This document shows positions 41,410 to 56,215 of a stretch of 64,000 nucleotides of DNA, one piece after another. Positions within the stretch are counted from its first letter, which is position 1. The number at the start of each line of letters is the position of its first letter. The stretch lies in the NCBI GenBank assembly GCA_964016885.1, contig OZ024756.1, forward strand, positions 17,174,001 to 17,238,000, written 5' to 3'. Position numbers and translations under genes: made by a program. The notes beneath the pieces are model-generated. The model did not search any database and was not told where the DNA came from. It saw nothing but the letters and a program-made list of their open reading frames with translations. The stretch comes from Eledone cirrhosa. Its lineage: Eukaryota.

Positions 41410-44400
41410 TCATTTGGTTTATATATCAAGCTAGTTCTCATGTATAAAGTGCATTCATAATTTTCAAGTCGAAAAATCTGTAATAGAAGTGTGTATTATA
41501 CACAAATAACAATGGTAATACACAAGTGTACTAAAAAGTAGCAAAAAACTATAAAATAGCTATTGTAATTAATGCCAATTTTTTCCAGCATTTCTGCAAG
41601 GTTTTCCCAGTATTTTTCATTCATGTTAGTTGACAACCCTTATGCTATTATAACCAACGAAATATATGATGATAGACAATAACCTAGTCAGTCAATAAGG
41701 CAGTTTACCTGCAGTACCTATTTACAACTAGGTAGACTTGGCTGTTAACAGTTAAGTGCCTTGAACTACTAACACACCCAATACAGTGCTAGCAACCGAA
41801 TAGGAACTTTCAACTTCTCAGAAAATGATGTGGTACTCTATCCAAAGAAATCAAATCTGGTTGAGTGGGCGACCATTGGTTTCATATATAAAGTAGGCAT
41901 TATATGATATCAAAATCTCCACAGGAGATCCATCATTCCATGGCTAATCAGGCCGGAGTATGTGCAATATGGCTGTTCAATAAAATCTGAAAACATGAGG
42001 AGTGGCGATATTTGCACTGGTTGATATAGAGACAATAACTCTATTAATCTTGCTTAACTTCAATTGTTTTAACCCTTTAGCATTTACATTATATATACTA
42101 CACCCTCCCACTGCAAGGTGGTCGTGGAGGTGCCACGGCAAAAAAGCACCCAGCACTCACTGTAAATGAGGTTGGTGTTAGGAAGGGCATCCAGCTGTAG
42201 AAATCAAGCCATGGTCAGCTGACCAGACACTGCCCACAACAGGACAACCCGTCTAACCCATGCTAGCATGGAAGAACGGGGGTAAAACGGTGGTGATGAT
42301 GATGATGGTGATGATACTACGGTATTTTTGTGGTAAAGGCTTTATCTCACATAATACTGAATCTATGAAACTTTGATGTTATCTATTTTGAGAACAATAC
42401 CTTAATGTCAGTATGAGAGGCCAGTTATGGCCGGTTTAAATGCTAAATGGTTAGGGCAGGTAGCTTTCCAGCATGGAAAAGTTGATGTAAAAATGATGGT
42501 GGTGATCATGTTCTTGTGTATGAGACTGCAATCACGTGACATCCCCAAGGTGCTGGAACCAGCTCATGTTAGCGGGATTAGGGTGTGTGAAGGTGGCGGG
42601 CAGAGATTCAGGCACTCAATATATATTCAGCAGCCTGCTCTGGCGAGCCACGCTGGTAAGCTGCTGATGGTGACGATTGTGGTAGTGGCCTTTGTTTAAA
42701 GGGAAACCTTTTAACCCTTTAACATTTAAACCGGCCATATCCAGCCAGAATTCTCTCACCTCTTTCTGTTCAAACTGGCTACTCATACTGATGTTATGGT
42801 ATTGTTCTCAAAATAAATAATATCAAAATCTCAGATTCGATAATTATGTGAGATCATTATGCAAGATAAAGCCTTTACCACAAAAATATAATATTAAATA
42901 TAGAGTAATGTAAATGCTAAACGGTTAAAGGGATATGATATATGTAAATCAATAAAGGATGTGTTTTTAGCAAAGGAGAAGAGGGTATTTTATATGTATC
43001 ACTTATATGTACTGTAATTACATAATTGTCTCTACATTTGGTACAAGGCCAACAATTTTGGGAGAGGCTAAAGTCGGTTATATCAACCCCAGTGCATTAC
43101 TGGTACTTTAATTTATCAAACTGTAATTACACATACTATGTGATCTTGTTTTTGTGACTTATTGGACATATTCTTATACATAGTTACCAAAAAGCAGTAT
43201 TATTACGATAGCTACCAACATATTTTCCAGGTCTCTAACAATAATTTGTTTTTTTAATTTCATTTTATATTAAAACCTGAATATAGATTCTAGCGAAATA
43301 ATTTATAATGATACAAAACACACTAGTTTGTTTTACAGATAGTATTTCTAACATGGATTGGCAAACCTTTTTGGAGGTAAGCCGGATTGGAAATGCCTCT
43401 GTGATTTTCAGAGTGAGGTAAATACAGAATAAAACTATGATCAGATGTAGCTATGGAATACACACACACACTCTCTCTCTATCACTTGCATGGAAAAACA
43501 AACATAAAAATGATGATATTTATAAAACATTTCTTATCAAGGAAGAATAGTTGTACACATCTCCGTCTTCTGAGCAGCACAGATATTGAATTAACTGTAA
43601 CTTTGAATGTGTCCAAATCCTCATTAAAGCTTACTAAACTGTTGTCATTGTGTAAAGAAGAATATATATATATATATATACAGTTTCCACCCGGTATTCA
43701 TGGGGGTTAGGTTCCAAGAGCACCCATGAAGAGTGAAAAGCCGCGAATATTGGACGTGGTCCATAAAAATGCCTATAAATGTCAAAATATTAAAAAAAAA
43801 AAAAAAAGAGTGAGCGTCTTATGCAAAGGGGCATCCAATAGGCCAGCAAATACAGAATATTGTCATTATATTTTAGCGTTAAAAGAATATATATTGCCAC
43901 GAAAAAAGCCATACAAAAATTGTGGAAGATATTTACGATTCCGCAAACAATTATTAGTTAAGTTCTGAGGAAAATTCCACTAACAACCGGGACCGTGAAT
44001 GCTGGGGGTTCACTGTATAGGTAAAGAAAGAAGCACTTTATGTTTATATAGAGAAACATTACTTAGATTTATTTACACATGGGTTAAACATATCCAACCC
44101 ATAAGAACTTAGAAAGCAGACATAAAATGATGACAATGATGATATTGGCATCAGTTTAGCTACTGTTCCCTAATTTTATTCTACAGAGACACAGTATATA
44201 CTAGAAATATATAACCCTTTAGCATTTACATTATATATTTTCATGGTAAAGGCTCTACATCACATAATTATCTCAATATTAAAATTAATATTATTAATAT
44301 TATTTATTTTGAAAACCATACCTTAACATCAGTATGAGTGGCGGGTTACAGCCGGTTTGAACAGAAAGAGGTGAGAGAACTCTGGCCAGATACGGCCAGT

Positions 44401-45439
44401 TTAAATGCTAAAGCGTTAAACAAACCTTGATATACCAGATTTTGTTTTCATCCCAGAATATTTAATATTTCTTTTGTATTTGTGGAACATCTTTATCATC
44501 GTTTAACGTCCAACTTTCATGCTAGCATGGGTCGGACGGGCTTGTCCCACTTGAGGCAAGATTGGTCAGGTGACCGTGTCTCACTCAATCAGAACTGTTT
44601 CTAGCAGGTTTTCTACGGCTGGATGCCCTTCCTAACACCAACCACATTTACAGAACACTTAACAAATATTCATTGGCCAGTTTATATATATATTCATTTT
44701 AATATCATTCACTATTTAACCCTTTAGCATTTATGTTATATATACTATTGTATTTTCACGGTAAAAGCTTTACCTCACATAATATCGAATCTATGAGATG
44801 TTGATATTATTTATGTTAAGAAACAATACCTTGACATCAGTATGAGTGCCCAGTTACAGCAGGTTTGAAGAGAAAGAAGTGAGAGAATTCTGGCCAGATA
44901 CAGCCAGTTTAAATCTACACTAGATTTCTATTGGTGTCTTATTCTTAACTGTGTATATGGTATGAGATTTGGTTTAAACCTGGAACTGAGTTTCTATATT
45001 GTACAACTAAAAACTATCTACTAAGTCAACCACATACATGTATATACGCATATATACACCAGTGGCCTAGTTATTATATGTAGTTTAAAAATAAAATTTC
45101 TAGTATGTTTCCAGCCTGGTACTATTTATGTAGACAAATAGGAATGGTCTTCAGTTGTTCTCAATAATGAGTGTTCCAGTTGAGTTGTTTAACCTTTTAG
45201 CATTTAAACCGACTGTATCTGGCCAGAATTCCCTCAACTCTTTCTGTTCAAACTGGCCATAACTGGCTGTTCATACTTATGTTAAAGTATTGTTCTCAAA
45301 ATAAATAATATCAAAATCTCATAGATTCCATATTATGTGGGATAATTATGTGAGATAAAGTGCTTACTGTGAAAATACAATAGTATATAAAGAGTAATGT
45401 AAATGCTAAAGGGTGGGTTAACCCATTAGCATTTAAACC

Positions 45440-47440
45440 TTGTGTAAATGTCTATCTGTGTATGTTGGAACTCGGTCAATTCTGACAATGTGTGTTCCGC
45501 TAGTGTAAATGTGTATCTACATGTATTGGAACAATCAGTTCTGAAGTGGGTTCCACTATAATAATTATGTATCTACATGTGTTGAAACTGTCACTTCTGA
45601 CGTGTGTTCCACCAGTGTAAACGTGTATCTACAGGTGTTGAAACTGTCACCTCTGACAACATGTCTTCCACCAGTGTAAACGTGTATCTACATGTGTTGA
45701 AACTGTCACTTCTGACAACGTGTGTTCCACCAGTGTAAACGTGTATCTACATGTGTTGAAACTGTCACTTCTGACAACGTGTGTTCCACCAGTGTAAACG
45801 TGTATCTACATGTGTTGAAACTGTCACCTCTGACAACGTGTGTTCCACCAGTGTAAACGTGTATCTACAGGTGTTTAAACTGTCACTTCTGACAACGTGT
45901 GTTCCACCAGTGTAAACGTGTATCTACATGTGTTGAAACTGTCACCTCTGACAACGTGTGTTCCACCAGTGTAAACGTGTATCTACATGTGTTGAAACTG
46001 TCACTTCTGACGTGTGTTCCACCAGTGTAAACGTGTATCTACATGTGTTGAAACTGTCACTTCTGACAACGTGTGTTCCACCAGTGTAAACGTGTATCTA
46101 CATGTGTTGAAACTGTCACCTCTGACAACATGTGTTCCACCAGTGTAAACGTGTATCTACATGTGTTGAAACTGTCACTTCTGACAACGTGTGTTCCACC
46201 AGTGTAAACGTGTATCTACATGTGTTGAAACTGTCACCTCTGACAATGTGTGTTCCACCAGTGTAAACGTGTATCTACATGTGTTGAAACTGTCACCTCT
46301 GACAACGTGTGTTCCACCAGTGTAAACGTGTAGCTACATGTGTTGAAACTGTCACCTCTGACAACGTGTGTTCCACCAGTGTAAACGTGTATCTACATGT
46401 GTTCAAACTGTCACCTCTGACAACGTGTGTTCCACCAGTGTAAACGTGTATCTACATGTGTTGAAACTGTCACCTCTGACAACGTGTGTTCCACCAGTGT
46501 AAACGTGTATCTACATGTGTTCAAACTGTCACCTCTGACAACGTGTGTTCCACCAGTGTAAACGTGTATCTACATGTGTTGAAACTGTCACCTCTGACAA
46601 CGTGTGTTCCACCAGTGTAAACGTGTATCTACATGTGTTGAAACTGTCACCTCTGACAACGTGTGTTCCACCACTGTAAACGTGTATCTACATGTGTTGA
46701 AACTGTCACCTCTGACAACGTGTGTTCCACCAGTGTAAACGTGTATCTACAGGTGTTGAAACTGTCACCTCTGACAACGTGTGTTCCACCAGTGTAAACG
46801 TGTATCTACAGGTGTTGAAACTGTCACCTCTGACAATGTGTGTTCCACCAGTGTAAACGTGTATCTACATGTGTTGAAACTGTCACCTCTGACAACGTGT
46901 GTTCCACCAGTGTAAACGTGTATCTACATGTGTTGAAACTGTCACCTCTGACAACGTGTGTTCCACCAGTGTAAACGTGTATCTACAGGTGTTGAAACTG
47001 TCACCTCTGACAACATGTGTTCCACCAGTGTAAACGTGTATCTACATGTGTTGAAACTGTCACCTCTGACAACGTGTGTTCCACCAGTGTAAACGTGTAT
47101 CTACATGTGTTGAAACTGTCACCTCTGACAACGTGTGTTCCACCAGTGTAAACGTGTATCTACAGGTGTTGAAACTGTCACCTCTGACAACATGTGTTCC
47201 ACCAGTGTAAACGTGTATCTACATGTGTTGAAACTGTCACCTCTGACAACGTGTGTTCCACCAGTGTAAACGTGTATCTACATGTGTTGAAACTGTCACC
47301 TCTGACAACGTGTGTTCCACCAGTGTAAACGTGTATCTACAGGTGTTGAAACTGTCACCTCTGACAACATGTGTTCCACCAGTGTAAACGTGTATCTACA
47401 TGTGTTGAAACTGTCACCTCTGACAACGTGTGTTCCACCT
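45440..47440. repeat. 59-bp minisatellite, about 32 units plus degenerate left units
   Basis: Unit ccaccagtgtaaacgtgtatctacatgtgttgaaactgtcacctctgacaacgtgtgtt. Confidence 0.95.
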
Positions 47441-47694
47441 TTTCAATCCATAAAACAGCCAGTGTGCTACTGCTGGGTCTTTCAATTGTAGTTACAACTC
47501 ATTTTTCTCAGCCGAGTGAACTGGAGCAACATAAAATAAAGTATCTTGTGTAAGTACACAAAGTGCCGCCAGGAATCAAACTCAGAACCTTACAATTGTG
47601 AGCCAAACATTCTAATCACTAAGCACCATGCACCTTCACACAGTGTAAATAGAATGTAAACGAACATTAACCAAAAACAAAAATAATTTATTTA

Positions 47695-47860
47695 GCACGA
47701 CTGGACGAGATTGAGGAGAGGTAGGGCAGATAGAGCCAGATCCGAAGCTGACCGGAGGCCACCAAACCTCGCTGGGAGCTTTGTCTGTTGCCTGCCGGAG
47801 ATGTCGAAACTGACATTGCAGATGAGTTCCGCAGTGTTGAATGGTGGTATCCACAGTTCA
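47695..47860 (-). mobile_element. CRE-clade non-LTR retrotransposon fragment (post-RT region)
   Basis: Minus strand CNVSFDISGRQQTKLPARFGGLRSASDLALSA/YLSS resembles the CRE motif Q-x-x-LP-x-R-x-GGLG-x-RSA-x-x-LA-x-x-A-F/Y-L-x-S. Confidence 0.6.
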
Positions 47861-50800
47861 TTAACAATGAAAAAGAAACTCAGACAAAAGATTCTACAGA
47901 TATTTTGGAATTTTCTTTTCTTCTTTTTTTTTTTCTTTTAGAATTCTTGAAAATGGAACAATCAAGAAATTAAGTAATAATAAACCGTTTATTACTCTAT
48001 ATATTATTGTATTTTCATGGTAAAGGCTTTACCTTCACATAATTATCTCACATAATATCGAATCTATGAGATTTTGATATTATTTATTTTGAGAACAATA
48101 CCTTAATATAAGTATGAGTGGCCAGTTACAGCTGGTTTGAACAAAAAGAGGTGAGAGAATTCTGGCTGGATACAGCCGCTTTAAATGCTTTTTTCTGCTT
48201 TTTTTTTTGTATTTGTTTTTTTTCTTCATTATATATTGACGGTAACATACAAGTGATATATTTACAGTGATAATATTTATTGAACCCTAAGTATTCCAGT
48301 TGTTTGATCATTGGTTACATTTACTGATTCATTGAACTATAGTGTAAATGATGACCTGCGCAGGCGAGGCACAAACTGGATTCAAGTCCCTACTCTTGCC
48401 AGAGAAAGATCGAAGAGTATAGTGGTCCGTTGCCGTGAGGCTTGAGGAACCAGATAACCAGATAGTGTAAATGTTTGAATATTTCAGACACTTGAACCTT
48501 TAAAGTGATCATCAGGCAGAACCAGCTTATGAGACTGGCCCTTTAACCCTTTAGTATTTACATTACTCTATATTTACAATTGTATTTTCATGGGAAAGGC
48601 TTTAACTCACAGAATATCGAATCTATGAGGTTTTGATATTGTTTATTTTGAGAACAATACCTTATAATCACTATGTGTGGCTGGTTACGGGCAGTTTGAG
48701 CAGAAAGAGGCAAAAGAATTCTGGCCAGATATGGCCAGTTTAAATGCTAAACGGTTAAGGTGATCATCAGGCAGAATCAGCATACGCGACTGACCCTTTA
48801 AATTATATGTACAGTTCATCTGATGGGCTTACAAGCAATTCCCTGCTATGGCAGATGCAATACTGTAGGATCAAATACAAAACTTCACAATTGTAAATGT
48901 AAATTTGTTATGGCTAAAAACATGTTATATAAGGTAGACATTCACCCCTTCCAGTATCTCAAAGTTTAGAGCACTCTGTGTGACCAACATTGATTTTATA
49001 TCAATTTACATCCAATAAGGAGTTTAGCCGAGGATGACACCTCACAACAATAACAAAACATAACATTCAATACATACGGAAATCAATATTATAGTACTGA
49101 ATACACAAGGATGTCATACAGATAGTCACCGTGGCAACATTGTTTACATATTTTACAGTGGCAGTAGAGCACTGAACAAATATTTGTCCTGGTTCTTTAA
49201 GTTCTGAGTTCGAACCCCACAAGGTCAACTTTGCTTTTCATCTTTGTATTATCATTATTTAACGTCCATTTTCCATGCTAGCATGGATTAAACAGATATC
49301 CCATTTGAGGTAAGTTGGGTCATGTGTCAGTGTCTTACTTATAGGACTTGTATGGTCGATAAAATAAAGTACCAGGTTATCACTGGGTTGACTATCTTCA
49401 CTTATCCCTCCTCCCAAATTGCTGGTCTTGTGCCTAAATTAAAAACCATTATTTTTATGGACTTATGGACAGACAATAGATCAACTAAAAAAAAAACCTC
49501 CTACACCTGCCATAAATTTAAATTTAACTCTTCCGTTACCATATTCTTTATATTAATTTAGTAATATAAAATTGACTTTCTCATAAAGCTGATGTCTAGA
49601 GCATTACTTAACTAAATTTTCTTAGATAAAATTACAATGGACAGTTTTAACATAATTATGAAGATATTGAAACAGCATCACAAATAAGAGTTAAACAGTT
49701 ACTTCAACAGGTACAAATGTTACACCATCCACATTTGCCTCATACTGTCTCACACAGAACAAGATTAGATATGTAATCTGTAGTCCTAGTCATCATCATC
49801 ACCACCATTTGACATCCATTTTTCCATGCTAACATGGGTTAGATCTGTCATCCCGTTGTGAGACAAGCCAGATCAGATGACTGTCTTGCTCATACAGGGT
49901 TGATTTTGGCTTAGTTTCTATGGCTGGATGCCTTTCCTAACACCAACCACTTTACTCTGTGGACTGGGTGCGTTTTATCATAGCACCGACACAACCACTT
50001 TACAGTGTGGACTGGGCGTTTTTTGTCGTGTCACCAACAGGACCACTTTACAGTGTGGTCTGAGGTGGGGAGGTGCATGGGGATTGGAAAGGTAGATCTA
50101 GGGTTTGGCACTTATCTGGAGGGCAGGGGATGTAGGGACGTGGATGACAGGTGGAATGTTAGGACATGGAAGGAGCTGGGAAGGTAGGGGAAAGTGGAGC
50201 ATGTCAGATAGCATCCAGGATATTTTATAAGAAGGTTTAGGAAACCTTTTTCTAGCAGTGGGCTTTATGAGATATTGCTCATCATAAACTGTACAACATC
50301 AGCAAAAGAATACTTTAACAAACACAATATGTAGTTCAGTGTACACCATAACTAAGCAAATCACAAAATATATCAACCAGATCTGAAGATTATGTTACAA
50401 AAGTTATATTCATATAATCATAATGTAACACGAGCAATACAAACAGTCATAAAGGGCTATACAAGGCTTGATATTTACAGGTTGCCCCTGTTTAGTTTAT
50501 AAGGATATTAAACGAGGCCCCAATACTTGATTTGAGCTTTATCATACTCAGAAGGATGAAGTATATAGTTGTCTTCAGCACGGCCCCAGCAATGAAGTAT
50601 GTTCCTGATGATTATGATAATAGGATGAACTGAATCTTTGCCCTTCATCTCTCAGGTATCCGTAATATACTGATTCAAAGCGTTCAACTATACACACCTA
50701 CAAAATTATTGTGATGGATTAGCAGAATCAGTAGAGTGTCAGATAACATACCTTGCTTGCAGCATTTTGATATATTCCTGAGTTCAAAGACTGTCAAAAC

Positions 50801-53800
50801 CAGCATTAGAGGGGAGTGAAAGAGAGGCGGGGGGAGAAAGGGAGATAGTGAAAGAGAGGGAGGGAGAAAGAGGGATAGTGAAAGGGAGGGAGGGAGAAAG
50901 GGGGATAGTGAAAGAGAGAGTGGAAGAAAGGAAGGAGTGAAAGAGAGAGTGGAAGAAAGGAAGGAGTGAAAGAGAGATGGCACTTAATTTAATGAAGACC
51001 AATATTTAGTACCTAACTGGTATTTGATGGAGCCTTCACATGGTTACTAACCTGCTTCAAATAATAGGTAATTCTCTTTTAAACTCTACTTCGTCTAACA
51101 CATGCTATCATGGGAAAATGGACGCTATAAAATATACACTATGCATAGCTAGAAAAATATTAAGAAACACTGAAGTAAAGCATGTTCTCTCCATTATGCA
51201 ACATATTTATAAACAAGAAAGACAAACGAGTTAGGAAAATGGGCAGAAGATATAGGTTTGAAAAGTTAATGGTTAAGACAGAGTTTAGTATAGTAATTGT
51301 TTCTATATTTGGCACAAGGCCAGCAATTCTGAAAGGAAGAGAGAGGGGGCTCGATTAAATTGACACCAGTGCGTTATCGGTGCTTTATTTTATTGAGCCC
51401 CCCCCCCCCATCAGTAAGGATGAAAGGCAAAGCTAACTTCGGCAGGATTTGAACTCAGAATGTAAAGGGCCGTCCGTAACATAACGGTAATAATAACGTA
51501 AAACACACACACACACAAAATTGAATGAAATCTTTCGTTTTGTTCAAGATATGAAAGTGTGATTCATAAAACATAATGTGATGATTATGGTCGAGATTGG
51601 TGAAAGTTGATTGGAATAACGAAATGTAGTGAATGAGAAAGAGACAGACAAAAAGAGATGTTTGACGAAGTTCTGGTTGGCATATTCGTAGAGGGAGAGT
51701 TTAAGAAAAGAAAAGAGTTGATGAATATGACGAGAAAAATAGTTGAAATACCGGCAGAGGCAGGCTTAGGTAGTAGTAATAACTTTCGTTGTGGCAGGCC
51801 AAATGAAAACTATATAATCGCTATGGTATCGACTCGCTACTGTGGTCAGCCATCATCGTTAACGAACTGAAAATGACGACTACTGGCATCTCTCTCTCTC
51901 TCTCTCAAGTTATCTAGTTATCCTTAATACAGGCAGTTATTTTAATAGTTTAAGAATAAAAAAAAAACATTTTATTCAATCGAAATGAGAATATATATGG
52001 GGAGAGAGAGAGAGAAAGAGAGTGAGTAGAGAGTAAAGGAAATGTGTGTATATATATATAGCTGTAGAGTTTAATGGAATACTTTCCGATGAGGGAATCT
52101 TTACATATAACACCGGCTGCAACGAATGAATGACGGTTATATTGTGTAGTGAAGATACTACCTTTCTCATTGCTCACCCACTCTCTATCACTCTTTCCAT
52201 AAACACATGTCTTTATGTGTGAATCTATGTAGTTGTATCCATCTCTATCTTGCGTCTTCCTATAGCACTCCTAGCAGACATTGGACGACAAGAAGCACAG
52301 CAGACATGTAAATATAGAAGTGATGACATGATAGCTGCTGTGAGAGTTGAAGGGAGAGATAGAGAGAGAGGTGTAGTATGCAGTGTGTGGGGAGAAAGAG
52401 AGAAAGGTTCGGTATGCAGAGTGAGTGTGGGGGTGGTGGTGTACACTGTGTCGTGTGTGAAGAGAGGGGGAGAGAAAAATAGAAAGGTGCAATGTGTGAA
52501 GAGAGAGAGAGGCGTAGTATGCAGTGTGTGAAGGGGGAGAGAGAGAGCAGTGTAGTATGCAGAGTGAGAAGAGAGGGAGAGAGAAAGAGAGGTGCAGTAT
52601 GCAGGGTGTGAGAAGAGGGTGGTGGAGGAGAGAAAGAGAGGTGCAGTATGCAGGGTGTGAGAAGAGGGTGGTGGGGGAGAAAAAGAGAGGTGTAGTATGC
52701 AGTGTGTGAAGAGAGAGAGAGAGAGAGAGATAAACAGATACGAAGTGAAATGAGCAGTTTGTGCCTAAAGAAATGCATTAGACATTAAAGTATATGTTGA
52801 GAGAGAGATGGAGGGAGGTTGTAGAGAAAAGATTAAAGCAATAAGCAGCACCTTTTCGTAATCTCACACAGCCAAGTAACTATCAATGACACTAGTGAAA
52901 TAAGTACTTACTAATTGTCACCTTAACATAGCTGTTATTATTGACAATAATAATAATTTCTAATTTAGGCACAAGGCCGGCAATTTTGGTGGAGGGGTGG
53001 GGAAACTCGATTAAATCAACCCAGTATTTGATAGGTAGTGAAATATTTTATCGAAGGTGGAACCGTGACTAAATGTCGCAAAGCATTTTGTCCGACGCTC
53101 TACCGATTCTGCCAATATAACTCTTTCTTTGTTGGCCACATAAAAATTGTTTCTACTTTAGGCACAAGGTCAGCAATTTGAAGGGGAGGGAAAAGTCGAT
53201 TAAATCAACTCCAGTGCATTACTGGTAATTTATTTTATCGACCCAGTGAGAATGAAAGGCAAAGCTAACCGCGGCGGGATTTGAACTCAGATCGTAAAGG
53301 GCCGGAACTCTATGCTGCAAAGCACGGCGTCCGACCCTCTACCGATACTGCCAATACCGAGAAATAGAGATAAACACGCAGACACGTGTGTGTGTGTGTG
53401 TGTGTTTCATGTAGTGGTGAGCGTAGGTGATACAAACATACACACAGCACATTTTATATATTGAACCAGTTCTCCGTTCTTTCTCTTTAACAAACTGTAG
53501 TCGTCGTTCCAGTGAAGTAATTATTCAGGAATGACCATGGGATTTGCAACTGGACAAGGTGTGTTTGTGGAAGTCCAGCAGTCGCTCATGCATACCACTT
53601 TCCCCTATCCACGCTACCAATGTTGTCCAAATGACGTCGCAACTCATTTCTACAGCCGAGTAAACAGGAGCAACATGAAATAAAGTGTCTTGCTCAAGAC
53701 ACAACACACAACCTTGCAAGCTCTAACCACTAAGCCATGTGTCTTCACATTATATATGTATAATATATGCAAATTATATATATATATATTACATCATCAT

Positions 53801-53879
53801 CATCGTTTAACGTCCATCTTCCACGCTATCATGGGTTAGATGGAGTTGTCCCAGTTTGGCCATTTATGCACGGGGAGCT

Positions 53880-54315
53880 TAGTAATCGACATGTCTTCAG
53901 AATACAATCATCGAGCTGCTGTTGTGGAGAGCCTTTGCGCCAGCTTCAAAGCCAAATAAATCATTGATTGGTTTGCCAACATGCCATATATCACTGGTAA
54001 CCGACTTATACGCCTCCTCATCACTAGACTGTAATCCTCATGACGACTTTGTGTGGGGCATCTTGGAGAGTGAGGTGAACAGCAGACCCTACAACACCAA
54101 GGAGACTCTCAAGGCAGCCATCAGGGATGCAATGGCCAACGTGGACAGGGGCACTATTGCCAAGGCCTGCTTCAGGTCCCACCTGGAGAAAATGGTGGCC
54201 ACATCCAGTGATATTTGTACCTTATATATGTGCCTAACTGTGAATAAAGTTTCATTGAAATATATTAATTTGTTATATAAAAAAATGCTGTTTTTATTAT
54301 CCATTAATTTTTTCT
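53880..54315 (+). mobile_element. Tc1/mariner-superfamily (maT-like) transposase C-terminal fragment
   Basis: SSLDCNPHDDFVWGILESEV...LKAAIRDAM...IAKACFRSHLEKMV; SPDLNPxD-type motif. Confidence 0.8.
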
Positions 54316-55057
54316 GTATGTATCTGTGTCACACTGTAAGCACACATACACACACACATATACTCACACACTCACATATGCACACACATATACGCACATA
54401 CACACACACATATACGCACATACACATATATATATACTCACACACACATTTACCATCTCTATATGAATTTGTTCAGAAATGACTACAGCTTTTTAAACAT
54501 TAACTTTAAAACGACATCTCGGGTCCAGAATAAACTTTATTGATCAAAATAAAAACTATTCGAATCTGCACACATAGTAGCCAATCTACTTCGTACATTT
54601 CTAATCTATTATTTATGGGAGAAATTTAAGAATCAAAGAGGCCATTATCATCAACAATAAAAAACCACACACACACTCATATACAACATCATTATCGTCA
54701 ACATTTAAATGTCCATTTTTCCATGCTAACATGGGTTCAACAAGTTCTGTTGTGAGAAATGCAGGGTCAGGTGACCATGTCTTGCTCATACGGAACTGAT
54801 TTTGGCTTGGTTTCTACAGTTGGATGCTCTTCCTAATGCCAACCATATTTACACTGAGTACTGGGTGCTTTTTGTTGTGACTCCTACATGGCCACGTTAC
54901 AGTGTGGGCTGGGGGCTTTGGTGTGAGGTGTGTGGGGATTGGGGAGGTGGATATTTGGGCATGGGTGAGAGTGGAGAGTGAGGACGTGGAAGGGGGTGGA
55001 GCATATATATATATATATACAATATATTAATGGAAACTATATTTATAAAACCATATT

Positions 55058-55123
55058 TATTTTATTATATATATTTCAAGGGCAACCAAGGCAAATTATG
55101 GTGCGCTTTCATCAGATAAAATA
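55058..55123 (-). ncRNA. Minimal type I hammerhead ribozyme, intact core (same family as 21897)
   Basis: tattttat-CTGATGA-aagcgcacca..tggttgccctt-GAAA-tatata-TA-ataaaata. Stem II differs in sequence from the 21897 copy but still pairs. Confidence 0.75.
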
Positions 55124-55188
55124 CAGATTTGCTTTATAAATAAATATTGACATACCCGGAAAAAAGACAACCTTAACGGTTGGAGCTT

Positions 55189-55242
<54 letters not shown>

Positions 55243-55388
55243 TAAACAAAGAAAGTGTGGTAAGGAACCAGGTGGACCATAACACACCTGAGTACTCGAT
55301 ACTTAGGATAGTAGAGTGGGTAATAGGAAAATAGTCAGGACCTCTCTGTCGGAGTCCTGACTATTTTCCTATATATATATGTTTACAT

Positions 55389-55441
<53 letters not shown>

Positions 55442-55877
55442 CCACAAATACAGCTTTGTCAAAGTTTGATGAAGAAACCGAATATTACGTATTGCATTCG
55501 TAAAACTGTGAAGTATGTCCTAGTTAATAATGATGTAATTACTCCAGAATCCAGATGACAATTTACACAAAAGATAACTTAAAGATATCAATTCTGAAAT
55601 AACATCAATAGAAATAACCTTCTTTATTTTATTTATTTATTTATTTAGTTGTTCCTTACATAAACACATTAACACTTTAGTAAAGACTTCTTTCACAGAA
55701 CGGCTTCACCAATCAGCTACAAATACAGCTAATATATAATAGTAGTATTTTCTGAAGTACTGGACAGAAAGGCTTGGGCTTCACCTTTCAACTACAAATA
55801 CAGCCTACATATACCAGTAGTATTTTCCATCACCTACCAGCTACAAATGCAACCTATATATATTAGTAATATTTTCT

Positions 55878-56215
55878 GTGAAGGTGCACGGTTTAGTGGT
55901 GAGAGCATCGGGCTTACAATCATGAGATTGTGAGTTTCATTCTCAGACCAGGCTTTGCATAGTGTTGTGTTGTGTTCTTGAGCAAGACACTTTATTTCAT
56001 GTTGTTCCATTTCACTCAGCTGTAGAAATGAGTTACGACGTCACTGGTATCAAGCTGTATTAGCCATTGCCTTTCTCTTGGACAACATCGGTGGCATGGA
56101 GAGGAGAGACTGGTATACATGGGCGACTGCTGGTCTTCCACAAACAACCTTGCCCACACTTGTGCCTTGGAGGGGAACTTTCTAGGTGCAAATCCCATGG
56201 CCCTTCGTGGCCGGG
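55878..56215 (+). mobile_element. tRNA-derived SINE with the same head and an alternative 3' tail
   Basis: Head and core as in family 1, then a different tail. Copies near 8915(-), 18190(-) and 53525(-). Confidence 0.8.

Noticed and set aside
47788-47973. Plus-strand ORF VEWWYPQFINNEKE as an antisense gene exon
   Set aside because: Upstream frame has three stops, and the opposite strand matches a CRE retrotransposon motif better.
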